Positions 17,610 to 27,250 of a stretch of DNA of 64,000 nucleotides are shown here, one piece after another. The stretch spans positions 128,001 through 192,000 of the forward strand of contig CAXXSR010000002.1 in the NCBI GenBank assembly GCA_963662615.2, given 5' to 3'. Every line of letters begins with the position of its first letter. Position 1 is the stretch's first letter. The DNA is from Dehalococcoidia bacterium (GTDB lineage: Bacteria; Chloroflexota; Dehalococcoidia; Bin125). A model generated the notes under the pieces. That model searched no databases, was not told where the DNA came from, and was given only the letters and a program-made list of their open reading frames with translations. Both the position numbers and the translations under genes were made by a program.

Positions 17610-18845
17610 CTACGGCGTCGGGGGCCTGCGGCGGCGTCCCTGGAGCGCGATCGCGCCTGCGACGAGGGCGAGGGCGACGGCCACGCTGGGCACAACGATG
17701 GCGGCGATCAGGCCGGCATCGGAGCCGTCCTCTTGCTCGATGAGTCGGAGGTCGATGCGGGCGTCGGGCTCGTCGGGGAGGGGCGCGTCGGGGTCGAACG
17801 AACCTTCACCCTCGCGCAACTGCTTGGTGATGACTTCGCCACGGCCTTCAATCGAAGCAAGCGCCTGGACGAAGTCCGCGCGGGGGACGCGGACGGACAT
17901 GGCCGCAAACTCCTCATCCTGGTTGACGTTGACGGTTACGCGGTCGATGACGCCGTCCAGCGAGGCGACGAACTCGCGGAGTTCGTTGACGGTGCGGGTG
18001 ACGTTCGAGACTTCAAGAGTAAGGTTGGCGGACGGCGGCTCTGTGATGCGCGCCTCAGGGCCGAAGAGCGAGACGGTGATGGTGGCCAGGGCGACGCGGC
18101 GCTCCAGGAAGTTGAGCTGCCCCTGGAAGCGCTCAATCTCGGAGCGGACGCGGGCGAGTTCGCGCTCGATGGTGAGGATCTCCTGGACGGTGTCGGCGCG
18201 CTGCAGCAGGTTGAGCAGGCTCTCCTCTTCTCGTTCCGTGCTGCGCAGGCGCGCTTCCAGGTCGATGAACTGCTCGGTGACGTCTTGGGAGTTGAGGTTT
18301 TCTTCCTGCACGTCACCGAGCTGCCGGAGGCGCTCAAGCGCGTCGGAGAATCGGTCTTGGGGAACGCGGATGGTGATCTCCGCTTGCGCGCGTTCGCCTT
18401 GGCCGAAGACGGAGAGCTGCTCGACGAACCCGCCCAGCGAGTCGGCCAGCCCCTCGACCTGGGAGACGGCGGGCGGGACGGCGTCGACGGTGATGGCGAT
18501 GAAGCCGTTGGAGATGATGCGGCGCTCGATCACCTGGAGCACGGCCGGCGGCGCTTCCTGGGGACTGGGCGCCGCCGCGGGCTCCGGCTGAGGAGCAAAC
18601 GGAGGCTCGGCCTCCACTCCGATAGCAGCTTGCGATTCCGCGGCGAAAGATCGACCCACCAGACTGGGCGGCTCCGGAGGCCCCTCGGCGAAGGCGATGT
18701 CGGTGGCAAGGGCCTCGTCGAAGGACGCGGGCGCGCCGTCAATGCCTCGTCGCGAGGCGTTTTCGTCGTCGCTGCAAGCGGCGATCAGCACGGGCAGGAG
18801 GAGCAGGATCGCCGCCACCGCGCCCAGGAACCGGATCGATCTCAT
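17610..18845 (-). CDS. DUF4349-domain lipoprotein with C-terminal TM
   Basis: Lipobox LIAAC; RRII, ITIRVP, DVTEQFIDLEARL, IERELARVRSEIE, ATITVSL; a second partial domain follows. Confidence 0.85.
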   Translation of the reverse strand: MRSIRFLGAVAAILLLLPVLIAACSDDENASRRGIDGAPASFDEALATDIAFAEGPPEPPSLVGRSFAAESQAAIGVEAEPPFAPQPEPAAAPSPQEAPPAVLQVIERRIISNGFIAITVDAVPPAVSQVEGLADSLGGFVEQLSVFGQGERAQAEITIRVPQDRFSDALERLRQLGDVQEENLNSQDVTEQFIDLEARLRSTEREEESLLNLLQRADTVQEILTIERELARVRSEIERFQGQLNFLERRVALATITVSLFGPEARITEPPSANLTLEVSNVTRTVNELREFVASLDGVIDRVTVNVNQDEEFAAMSVRVPRADFVQALASIEGRGEVITKQLREGEGSFDPDAPLPDEPDARIDLRLIEQEDGSDAGLIAAIVVPSVAVALALVAGAIALQGRRRRPPTP

Positions 18846-18956
18846 CTGCTCTCCTCTGTCAATGAAAACGACAGGCGCCCGGCATTTGTTCCGTTCTACT
18901 GTCGCGGGTAGGGGGACCGGCGGCAACTGGGGCGGTCAGGGCCGGGGCAGGGGCGT

Positions 18957-18965
18957 TGGTATAAT
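18957..18965 (+). promoter_or_regulatory. Extended -10 promoter (TGGTATAAT) of the tRNA-Ser genes
   Basis: TGnTATAAT 12 nt upstream of the first tRNA. Confidence 0.75.
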
Positions 18966-18977
18966 GGCATGTCCATG

Positions 18978-19065
18978 GGAGAGGTGTCCGAGTGGTTGAA
19001 GGTGCCGATCTCGAAAATCGGTAGGCCTCAAAAGGGCCTCGTGGGTTCGAATCCCACCCTCTCCG
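18978..19065 (+). tRNA. tRNA-Ser(CGA)
   Basis: Acceptor GGAGAGG/CCTCTCC, anticodon arm CCGAT-CTCGAAA-ATCGG, long variable arm, GGTTCGAATCC; CCA not encoded. Confidence 0.96.
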
Positions 19066-19068
19066 CTC

Positions 19069-19650
19069 TTTTTTTGCGAGCGCGAAGAGCGCCTCGCAGC
19101 ATGCAAGGTTTGGATGCCGCGGCGGAGCGCCGGCCCTCTCGCGATGCTCAGGGGCGTTTTCGCAAGCGCGTTTTTTTACAAGCGCGAAGGGCGGGTGGCG
19201 GCAGGCACAGTTGGCATGCCGCGACGGGGCAGTGGCACATGAAAGGCGCGATTTACCCGGCGGGCATCGGGCGAGTCCGGTCGGCGCGCTCCGTTGCGTG
19301 ATCCGTCGGGTGTAGACCGTCGCGCGCGGCCGTGACGGAGAGGTGACCGAGCGGCTTAAGGTGCACGCCTGGAAAGCGTGTGGGGGCGCAAGCCCCTCGT
19401 GGGTTCGAATCCCACCCTCTCCGCTTTTTTTACGAGCGCGAACGGGGCAGCGGCGGCAGGCTCTGTTGGGTGGCCACGGCGGCCGTCTGGCCTTCGCACG
19501 ACGCTCAGGAGCGTTTTTGCAAGCGCTTTTTCACAAGCGCGCAGGGCGGTGGGTGCTGGGGAGGGGTCGAGCGCGTTTTTTTACAAGCGCGAAGAGCGCC
19601 TGGCAGCAGACGACGTAGGGATGCCGCGACGGCCGTCCGCACTTCGCGTT
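19069..19650 (+). repeat. Type C ~100-bp degenerate repeats downstream of each tRNA-Ser
   Basis: Heads T5-7(A/G)C(A/G)AGCGCG(A/C)A at 19069, 19171, 19425, 19527 and 19576, with shared (A/G)TGCC(G/A)CG(A/G)CGG-like and CGA(T/C)GCTCAGG segments. Confidence 0.8.
19337..19423 (+). tRNA. tRNA-Ser(GGA)
   Basis: Acceptor GGAGAGG/CCTCTCC, anticodon arm CACGC-CTGGAAA-GCGTG, long variable arm, T-loop; CCA not encoded. Confidence 0.96.
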
Positions 19651-19686
19651 GCGTACTGAGATCGGTGGGAGCCGATGCGGCCGGCG

Positions 19687-19926
19687 CTAGCGCTCCGATG
19701 AAGGGAGGTGGCCGGCCCGTCGGGCCCGCTCGTAGCGCGAACGCAGCTGTCGCACGGTGGCGTCTCGCTCGCGCCGGGCCTCGCTGCCCGCCTCCCGCAC
19801 GATGGACCGTACCCGTGCGCCGCCGAGCGAGGAGCGCTCACTGTCCGGGCCCTCCGAGCGGCGGCTCACGGCGACGCCGATGACTCCGGCGAGGAAGCCG
19901 AGCAGCAGGCCGCGCCGATAGCCCAC
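19687..19926 (-). CDS. Small N-terminally anchored protein (YtxH-like)
   Basis: GLLLGFLAGVIG followed by a charged helix; abuts the upstream gene. Confidence 0.6.
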   Translation of the reverse strand: MGYRRGLLLGFLAGVIGVAVSRRSEGPDSERSSLGGARVRSIVREAGSEARRERDATVRQLRSRYERARRAGHLPSSER

Positions 19927-20262
19927 CTACGCCCGCCCCTTCCGGCCCAGGGCGCGGGCCAGCACGCCAACGCCGCTGCGCGCCGCCGCAAAGACGCCGT
20001 AGACCTGGATGACGGGGGCCACCAGCCTGTCCCCGAAGAACTCCGTGGTGCCCTGCACGCCCCGCGCGGTCTCCTGGGCGCTGTCGAGGACGGGGCCCAG
20101 GCCATCCCGCAGGGAGCCTCGCACGGATGCGAGCAGCCGCCAGGCCGTAAAGCCAATGAGCACCGTGAAGATGATGAAGATCAGCAGCGCGACCAGGCCC
20201 GTGATCCCGAAGACGATGACGACGATGTCGCGGAAGTCGTGCAGGAAAGAGAGAACGGGCAT
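19927..20262 (-). CDS. Small membrane protein (DUF948-like)
   Basis: GAGGAAG RBS, TGGTATACT upstream; MPVLSFLHDFRDIVVIVFGI.. TM then amphipathic helix. Confidence 0.7.
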   Translation of the reverse strand: MPVLSFLHDFRDIVVIVFGITGLVALLIFIIFTVLIGFTAWRLLASVRGSLRDGLGPVLDSAQETARGVQGTTEFFGDRLVAPVIQVYGVFAAARSGVGVLARALGRKGRA

Positions 20263-20368
20263 TGCTTCCTCATCAGACGGCGTGCAACGGCGGGGAGTAT
20301 ACCACGCCCATTCATGCGCACGCGCCCGGGCCCTTCTCTGCGGAAGGGCGAACGGCGCGGCGGCGGGG

Positions 20369-21490
20369 TCAGCAGAGGTCGGCGGGGCGGGGCCCGAGAT
20401 CCGCGGCCGGCAGGGCGCGGTAGGTGCGGCTGATGACGCCGCCGCCCAGCACGCGCTCGCCATCGTAGAAAACGACGGCCTGCCCCGGCGCGACCGCGCG
20501 CGCGGAGGAATGGAGTCGCACTGTGGCGCGACGATCCGAGCGAGGGCTGACGCTGGCTGCGACGGGCTCCGTTCGGTAGCGGACCTTGGCCTGGACGGCA
20601 ATGGGCCCTGCGGGCGGCTCCGCGAGCAGCCAGTGCACGTCCTCCGCCTCCAGTCCCTCAACCAGGAGATCGTCTTCGGCGCCGAGCTGGACGCTGTTGC
20701 GGTCGGCGTCGATTGCGGTGACGTACATCTTGGCGCCGGTGGTGATGCCAAGGCCGCGTCGCTGCCCGATCGTGAAATGCTGCACGCCGGGGTGCGATCC
20801 GAGGACCGAGCCAGAGCGGCTCAGCAGGGGGCCGGGGCGGTCGGGCAGGCGCGCCCGCACGAAATCGCGGTAGTCGCCGTCCGGGACGAAGCAGATGTCG
20901 GCGCTGTCGGGCTTGTCGGCGACATCCAGTTGGTATCGCGCGGCGATGGCGCGGACCTGCTCCTTGCGCAGGTCGCCCAAGGGGAACAGCGTCCGCTGGA
21001 GCGCGCGCGGGCTGAGTGTGTAGAGGACGTAGGATTGGTCCTTCTCGCGGTCGCGCGCGCGATGCAGCTGCGGACCGTCGGCTGTAGCGAGGCGGCGGGC
21101 GTAGTGGCCGGTGGCGATGTAGGCGGCCTTGAGCGCGAGGGCCTGTTCCAGGAAGAGGTCAAACTTGATGTAGGTATTGCAGTTGAGGCAGGGATTCGGC
21201 GTGCGGCCCTGCGCGTAGGCGTCGACGAAGGGGTCGATGACGAAGCGCTGGAACGGCTTTTCGAGATTCAGGGTGTAGTGGGGGATGTTAAGCTGCTGCG
21301 CGACGCGTCGGGCGTCGTCCACGTCCTCGACGCCGCAACAGCGCTTGCGAGCGGAGAGGCCGTCGGCGCGCTCCTCGGTCCAGAGGCGCAGGGTGATGCC
21401 GATGGGGTCGTAGCCCGCTTCTTTGACGAGCGCGGCCGCCACCGAGGAGTCGACGCCGCCGCTCATCGCCACGACCACGCGCTCACTCAT
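20369..21490 (-). CDS. mnmA: tRNA 2-thiouridylase
   Basis: AMSGGVDSS, TPNPCLNCN, ATGHYAR, KDQSY, ICF, TIGQRRGL, PGQAVVFY. Confidence 0.96.
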   Translation of the reverse strand: MSERVVVAMSGGVDSSVAAALVKEAGYDPIGITLRLWTEERADGLSARKRCCGVEDVDDARRVAQQLNIPHYTLNLEKPFQRFVIDPFVDAYAQGRTPNPCLNCNTYIKFDLFLEQALALKAAYIATGHYARRLATADGPQLHRARDREKDQSYVLYTLSPRALQRTLFPLGDLRKEQVRAIAARYQLDVADKPDSADICFVPDGDYRDFVRARLPDRPGPLLSRSGSVLGSHPGVQHFTIGQRRGLGITTGAKMYVTAIDADRNSVQLGAEDDLLVEGLEAEDVHWLLAEPPAGPIAVQAKVRYRTEPVAASVSPRSDRRATVRLHSSARAVAPGQAVVFYDGERVLGGGVISRTYRALPAADLGPRPADLC

Positions 21491-21497
21491 TGCTGCC

Positions 21498-21545
21498 GCT
21501 CCGCTGCGGGCTCCGCTGCGGGCTCCGCTGCGGGCTCCGCTGCGG
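21498..21545. repeat. 12-bp tandem repeat x4 just upstream of mnmA
   Basis: GCTCCGCTGCGG x4, perfect. Confidence 0.92.
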
Positions 21546-21680
21546 GCATCGCTCCGGTGGAGGCATTGCCCAATACGTCTTGGACGTTGCTATACTCGCG
21601 CCCGCTTCGTGGGCCGGCCCTGGCGGACGCAAGGGCGGGCGCTTTGGCTGACGGCAGCGGGCACGAGAGGGGCGAACAGC

Positions 21681-22016
21681 CTGGACCCATTGACGCTGGC
21701 GCGGCGGATCGCTGACGAACTGGCGGAGAGACAGGCCGAGGCGATCGTCCTGCTCGACATCTCGCAGGTTGCGAACTTCACGGACTTTTTCGTGATCGCT
21801 TCGGCGGGGTCGGCGCGGCAGTTCGAAGCGCTGTCCGAGGCGATGAAGGATCTGCCGGAGACCGCGCCGCCGCGTCGTGAGGGGACCAGCGACTCGGGCT
21901 GGCAGCTGTTCGATTTTGGCGACGTGGTGGTGCATCTGTTCAGCCCCGATGAACGGGCCTACTACAACCTGGAAGAGTGCTGGTCAGCAGGGAGGCAACT
22001 CCTGCGCATTGAATGA
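21681..22016 (+). CDS. rsfS: Ribosome silencing factor (start uncertain: CTG 21681 or TTG 21690)
   Basis: LLDI..FTDFFVIAS, REG..SGWQLFDFGDVVVHLFSPDERAYYNLEECW. Confidence 0.9.
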   Translation: MDPLTLARRIADELAERQAEAIVLLDISQVANFTDFFVIASAGSARQFEALSEAMKDLPETAPPRREGTSDSGWQLFDFGDVVVHLFSPDERAYYNLEECWSAGRQLLRIE

Positions 22017-22111
22017 GGGGCCGGCGGTCCCTCCCGGCACGAGGCGGGAGGAGGGGCTGTCCCCATTGTAGGCGGGCGTCGTTGCAGGTGGGCGCGCTGT
22101 GTGGATCGCGG

Positions 22112-22567
22112 TTACTCAACGATCCAGCGCTCCAGGTCACGCTGCCAGGGGATGAGTTCCTGGGACGCGAAGAAGAGCGCGACCTCGCGCTCGCCGGCCT
22201 CGGGCGAGTCGGAGCCGTGGACGATGTTGCGACCAATGTCGAGGCCGTAGTCGCCACGGATCGTGCCGGCGTCGGCCTGGAGGGGATCGGTGGCGCCCAT
22301 GACGAGGCGGGCGGCCTGGACCGCGTTGGGCCCCTCGAAGGCAGCGGCGACCAGGGGGCCGGCCGTAATGAACGATTGCAGGCCGGGGAAAAACGGCTTG
22401 TCGACGTGCGCTTCGTAGTGGCGGCGCGCGAGGGCGTCGTCCATCTGCAGGAGCTTGAGCCCCACGAGCTTGAGGCCGCGGCGCTCCAGGCGGCCCAGGA
22501 CCTCGCCCACCAGCCCCCGCTGCACGCCGTCGGGCTTGACCAAGATCAGCGTCCGTTCCGGGCTCAT
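22112..22567 (-). CDS. ndk: Nucleoside diphosphate kinase
   Basis: ERTLILVKPDGVQRGLVG, GTIRGD, NIVHGSDS. Confidence 0.97.
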   Translation of the reverse strand: MSPERTLILVKPDGVQRGLVGEVLGRLERRGLKLVGLKLLQMDDALARRHYEAHVDKPFFPGLQSFITAGPLVAAAFEGPNAVQAARLVMGATDPLQADAGTIRGDYGLDIGRNIVHGSDSPEAGEREVALFFASQELIPWQRDLERWIVE

Positions 22568-23328
22568 GGCCGTTTCTCCTGCGCTTGGCCCGCTGCCGGG
22601 GCCGTCGACTGCGGGCCAATGGACGGCTCGCGGAGATAGATGGGTTCGAGGCGAGCGGGGTGGAAGTCCCCGCCGGCCTGGAGACGGCGCCACCCCAGCT
22701 CGGCGAGCAGCCCCGCGCGACGTATGCTCGCGGCCAGGCCGGCAACGGTCCAGCCGCCGCCGGTGAGGCGGGCCAGCGTGTCCGCGGGCAGGGCGGCAAT
22801 GTCGCCGCAGAGGACGCCCGCTTGCGGCCGGTCGGCGAGGGCGGCGAGGGCGGCGATGAGCGCGTCCTGCGAATACAGCTTCGGCGCGATCTTTTCTATC
22901 CAGGCCTCGTTGGGACCGTGATAGAGCGCGAGCGCCGCCTGGCCGCGGCCGGCGTCCTGGACGGCGGCGATGGGGCGGGCCGCCGCCGCATGCGCGTATG
23001 CCTCGATCTCCAGGCGGCCGACGCCGACGGCCGGGAGCGGCGCGCCCGCCGAGGGCAAGGCGAGCGCGAGCGCCTCCGCGGCCGCCATGCCGGCGCGAAT
23101 GCCGCTGTATGCGCCCGGGCCCACGTCGACGAAGAGGGCGTGCAGCTGCGAGCGCTCAATGCCGGCGGCCCGCAGCGCGTAGTCGATCGTGGGGATGAGG
23201 CTGGTGGTGTGGCGCCGGCCGCTCTGCCAGGTGACCTCTACGAGGGGGCGTCCGCGGTCGCTGATCGCCACGCTTGAGACCGTCCCGACCGTATCGATGG
23301 CGAGTTCCACGAGCGAATCAGTCCCCAT
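22564..23328 (-). CDS. tsaB: t6A biosynthesis protein TsaB
   Basis: LAIDT, RHTTSLIP, GPGAYSGIRAG, DAGRG, LEPIYLR. Confidence 0.9.
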   Translation of the reverse strand: MGTDSLVELAIDTVGTVSSVAISDRGRPLVEVTWQSGRRHTTSLIPTIDYALRAAGIERSQLHALFVDVGPGAYSGIRAGMAAAEALALALPSAGAPLPAVGVGRLEIEAYAHAAAARPIAAVQDAGRGQAALALYHGPNEAWIEKIAPKLYSQDALIAALAALADRPQAGVLCGDIAALPADTLARLTGGGWTVAGLAASIRRAGLLAELGWRRLQAGGDFHPARLEPIYLREPSIGPQSTAPAAGQAQEKRP

Positions 23329-23878
23329 CCGGGGCGGCGTCGTGGAGGGCGCGAAGCTGGTGCAGGACGTCGCGCGACAGCGCGCCCTCGGCTTGCCAGA
23401 GCAAGGTGCGGTCCGTCTCGCCGGGGCCAGATTCGATGTGGATGCTGAGCCGATCGGGCGGGAGATCGTCGGGGGCGCGCTCGGGCCACTCCACGACCAA
23501 GACGCCGCCCTGGGCGGCTTCCGCCAAGGCCAGCTCCTGGACTTCGGCGGCGGCGTGGAGGCGGTAGAAATCGGCGTGGAGGAAGGGCAGCCGGCCGCTG
23601 AGGTATTCATTCACGAGCACGAAGGTGGGGCTGTTGACGACCGCGGGAACCCCCAGGCCCGCGGCGACCCCTTTGGCAATGACGGTCTTGCCGCTGCCGA
23701 GATCGCCGAAGAGCAGGACGGCGGTCCCCGGTGGGGCGACGCGACCAAGCGCGACGCCGAGTGCGTGGGTCTGCTCAGGCGTTCGGGTGCCGGCTCGCCA
23801 AGCAGCGATCGGCGCGCTCTCCGCCGCGGGCCGGCCCTTCTGTGTGGAAGGGCGGGCGTCTCCCCTGGAACTGGTCAT
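23318..23878 (-). CDS. tsaE: t6A biosynthesis ATPase TsaE
   Basis: GDLGSGKT, VNSPTFVLVNEY, HADFYRL, VVEW. Confidence 0.93.
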   Translation of the reverse strand: MTSSRGDARPSTQKGRPAAESAPIAAWRAGTRTPEQTHALGVALGRVAPPGTAVLLFGDLGSGKTVIAKGVAAGLGVPAVVNSPTFVLVNEYLSGRLPFLHADFYRLHAAAEVQELALAEAAQGGVLVVEWPERAPDDLPPDRLSIHIESGPGETDRTLLWQAEGALSRDVLHQLRALHDAAPDGD

Positions 23879-23933
23879 GCTGTCGTGAAGTATAGGTGGC
23901 CGTACTCCGTGGCGATGCGCTCCTGTCTCTTCA

Positions 23934-23989
23934 CCGGCTCTATGCTCCGGCTCTATGCTCCGGCTTCATTCTCCGGCTTTATTCTCCGG
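23934..23989. repeat. 13-bp tandem repeat x4 upstream of tsaE
   Basis: CCGGCTCTATGCT x2, CCGGCTTCATTCT, CCGGCTTTATTCT. Confidence 0.85.
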
Positions 23990-24125
23990 GCTGGGCCGAA
24001 TCCCATTGCAGGTGGCTTGGTCCTTGCTACTGCGCGACGTCCTCACGGCAGGGACGAGCGCGAAGGGGGGCCGGGGCGGACGGGGTTGGATCGGCGCGAC
24101 GCGCGCCCGTGTGCTGCGCGACGTC

Positions 24126-26753
24126 TTAGCGACGGCGCCCAGACGAGGGGCCGCCCTTGCGCTTGCCGTCTTGACCGTTGGGCGGGCGCTTACGAGCGGC
24201 TGGGGCGTGCCCGTCGCCGGGCGCGGCGTTGCCGTTGCCGTCCGCACCGTCGGGTTGGCCGTCGGGTTCGCCGGCGGGTAGCTCGGTGGGGGCCTCGCCG
24301 TACTCGCGGCCGGTATCGACGACGGCGACGGCGGCGACGTTGATGCCGTCGGTCTTCATCACCGTGACGCCCTGAGTGGAGCGACCGACGCGGGCGATGG
24401 CCCCCACGCCGGTGCGGATGAACTTCCCCTCCGCCGAGATCAGCACAATCTCCTCTTCTCCAGCGAGCTGATAGAGACCCACCAGGCGGCCGGTCTTGGA
24501 GGTGACCTTGTGGGCGATCATGCCCTTGCCGCCGCGGCCCTTGCGCGGGTACTGGGATTCGGCCGTGCGCTTGCCGAAGCCGTTGGTGGTAATGGTGAGC
24601 AGCTCATGGCCGGGATGGATCGCCAGGAGGCCGACCAAGCGGCTCTGCGCGGGAATCTGGATAGCGCGCACGCCGCCGCTGCCGCGTGAGGCCTGGCGGA
24701 GCGAGTCGACGGGGAAGCGCACGGCGAGGCCGCCGTCCGAGGCGACGAGGACGTCGTCGCCGGAGCGAGCGGGCGTGGCCAAGACCAGTTCATCGGAGCC
24801 GCGGAGGTTGAAGGCGATCAGCCCGGCCCGTCGCACGCTGGCGAACTCCTTGAGCGCCGTCTTCTTGATTTGGCCGTCGCGGGTGGCCAAGAGCAGGAAA
24901 TCCTTGTCGAACTGGGGCACGGCGATGATGGCGGTGACGCTCTCCGCGTTCTCAAGCTGGATGAGGTTGCGCAGCGGGAGGCCGCGCCACTCCCGCGTGC
25001 GCTCCTCCACTTCGTGGGACTTGAGCCTAAAGACGCGGCCGCGGTCCGTGAAGAAGAGGAGATTGTCATGGGTGTCGGCGACGAGGAGGTGACAGACGGC
25101 GTCTTCCGTGCGGGTGGTCATGGCCTTGATGCCCTTGCCGCCGCGATGTTGGGTGCGGTAGGTGGCCAAGGGCATGCGCTTGATGTAGCCGCCGCGGCTG
25201 TAGGAGACGACGGTGGCTTGGTGGGCGACCAGATCCTCTTCGCTGAAGTCGTCCGCTTCCGCGTCGACGATGGTGGTGCGGCGGTCGCCGGCGTAGCGTT
25301 TGGTGAGGTCGTCCAGGTCTTCCTTGATCAGGTCATCCACCTTCTTGGGGTCGGCCAGCACTCCTTCGAGGTAAGCGATGGTCTCGTTCAACTGCTTGTA
25401 CTCGTCCTGGAGCTTGCCGCGCTCCAAGGCGGCGAGGCGCCGCAGCTGCATGTCCAGGACCGCCTGCGCCTGCCGTTCGGAGAGGCTGAAGGGGGGGCTC
25501 TGCAGGCGCTGCCGGGCCACGTCCGCCGAGTTGGCCGCGCGAATGGTGCTGATGACCTGATCGATCTGGTCGATGGCGCTGAGCAGCCCCTCCACGATGT
25601 GGTGGCGGCTGCGGGCTTTGGCGAGCTCGAACTCGGAGCGGCGTCGAATGACCTCACGCCGATGGCCGATAAACGATTCCAGGGCCAGCTTGAGCGGGAC
25701 GCGACGGGGGCGACCGTCGATCAGGGCGACCACGTTGACGGCGAAGCCGGTCTGCAGAGGCGTCAAGGTCAAGAGCCGGGCCAAGACGGTCTGGAGGTTG
25801 CCGTCGCGCTTGAGTTCCACCACGACGCGGAGGCCGTGGCGGTCGGACTCGTCGCGGAGATCGGCGATGCCCTCCAGGCGGCGGTCGCGGACGAGATTGG
25901 CGATCTGCTCGATCAGCGCCGCCTTGTTGACTTGGTAGGGCAGCTCCGTGAAGACGATCTGGAGGCGACCGCCCCGCGGCGTGTCCTCCACGTGGTGGAC
26001 GGCGCGCATGATGACCTGGCCGCGGCCGGTGCCGTAGATCTCGCGGAGGCGAGCTTTGTCTCTGCCGGCGAAGGCCATAGCGCCGGTGGGGAAATCCGGG
26101 CCCTGGACGGCGCTGAGCAGCTCCTCGACGCCGGCGTCCGGGGTGTCAAGGAGGATCTTGATGGCGGCGGCGATCTCGCCCAAGTGATGGGGCGGAATAT
26201 TCGTGGCCATGCCGACGGCGATGCCGGTGGAGCCGTTGACCAGGAGGTTGGGCAGGCGGGAGGGCAGGACGGTGGGCTCTTGAAGCGAGTCGTCGAAGTT
26301 GGAAGCGAGATCGACGGTCGCCTTGTCGATGTCGGCGAGCATCTCCTCCGCCAGCGGGCTCAGGCGCGCTTCGGTGTAGCGCATGGCGGCGGGGGGGTCG
26401 GCGTCGATGGAGCCGAAGTTGCCCTGTCCGTCGATGAGGGGGTAGCGCAGGCTGAAGTCCTGGGCCATGCGGACCACGGCCTCGTAGACGGGGGCTTCGG
26501 AGTGGGGATGGTACTTCCCCAAAACCTCGCCGACGATGCGAGCGCACTTTCTGAAGGGGGTATCCGCGCGCATGCCGAGGTCATGCATGGCGTAGAGGAT
26601 GCGGCGGTGGACCGGCTTGAGGCCGTCGCGGATGTCCGGCAAGGCGCGGGCGACGATGACGCTCATGGCGTAGTCCAGGTAGGACACGCGCATCTCGTCA
26701 CTGATCGGGCGAATTATGGGGGGTCGAGGAGCGCCGGCGTCAACGCTCACCAT
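24126..26753 (-). CDS. gyrA: DNA gyrase subunit A
   Basis: [26 protein letters not shown], GyrA-box QHRGGKG, beta-pinwheel repeats. Confidence 0.95.
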   Translation of the reverse strand: MVSVDAGAPRPPIIRPISDEMRVSYLDYAMSVIVARALPDIRDGLKPVHRRILYAMHDLGMRADTPFRKCARIVGEVLGKYHPHSEAPVYEAVVRMAQDFSLRYPLIDGQGNFGSIDADPPAAMRYTEARLSPLAEEMLADIDKATVDLASNFDDSLQEPTVLPSRLPNLLVNGSTGIAVGMATNIPPHHLGEIAAAIKILLDTPDAGVEELLSAVQGPDFPTGAMAFAGRDKARLREIYGTGRGQVIMRAVHHVEDTPRGGRLQIVFTELPYQVNKAALIEQIANLVRDRRLEGIADLRDESDRHGLRVVVELKRDGNLQTVLARLLTLTPLQTGFAVNVVALIDGRPRRVPLKLALESFIGHRREVIRRRSEFELAKARSRHHIVEGLLSAIDQIDQVISTIRAANSADVARQRLQSPPFSLSERQAQAVLDMQLRRLAALERGKLQDEYKQLNETIAYLEGVLADPKKVDDLIKEDLDDLTKRYAGDRRTTIVDAEADDFSEEDLVAHQATVVSYSRGGYIKRMPLATYRTQHRGGKGIKAMTTRTEDAVCHLLVADTHDNLLFFTDRGRVFRLKSHEVEERTREWRGLPLRNLIQLENAESVTAIIAVPQFDKDFLLLATRDGQIKKTALKEFASVRRAGLIAFNLRGSDELVLATPARSGDDVLVASDGGLAVRFPVDSLRQASRGSGGVRAIQIPAQSRLVGLLAIHPGHELLTITTNGFGKRTAESQYPRKGRGGKGMIAHKVTSKTGRLVGLYQLAGEEEIVLISAEGKFIRTGVGAIARVGRSTQGVTVMKTDGINVAAVAVVDTGREYGEAPTELPAGEPDGQPDGADGNGNAAPGDGHAPAARKRPPNGQDGKRKGGPSSGRRR

Positions 26754-27250
26754 AGGCAGCGACCTTTCGTGCCGACCAGATGGTTTCGAGCCGCGCAGGC
26801 CCTGCCAGCCTGGCCAGACGGCGGCGAACGCTCGTTGGGCCAGCCGCCGCCGTGCCGGTCACGGGGGTAGGCCTGGAAGCATCGCCTTGGAGCGCGCGAC
26901 GAGCGCGGACTCGAATATTTTATCACGGGCCGCGGTTGCGAGGGTGTCCGGCTGCGCCCCGGAGGCGGGGCGATTTCCACCCAGAACAGGTCTCGTTCAG
27001 GGAGCGATCAGCTTGGCCGCGAAGTCCGGCTGCGAGCGGTCGATCACCGTCCAGTGCCTGGGGAGCGTGTTGGAGTCGCCGGGGAGCAACGACGGGCCCA
27101 GGGCGATGCCGGGGCGAGGTTGATCGGGCGCGTCGATGGGGGTGGGGATGGGGAAGGCGGGTTAGGCCGTGGGCGAGGCGGCATTAGGGCATTCCCATCT
27201 CCGTTGCCTCTGGTGGCGCTTCGATGATGGCGCCAGGGGGAGATACTGCT

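Noticed and set aside
18978-19423. Prophage or genomic island integrated at tRNA-Ser
   Set aside because: No integrase, and the duplicated 3' end belongs to a second complete tRNA rather than an att remnant.
19069-19650. CRISPR array
   Set aside because: Units are degenerate, the intervening sequences resemble each other, spacing is irregular and no cas genes are present.
26910-26927. Rex box upstream of gyrA
   Set aside because: Only about 7/14 matches; better explained as an extended -10 (TGATAAAAT on the minus strand).
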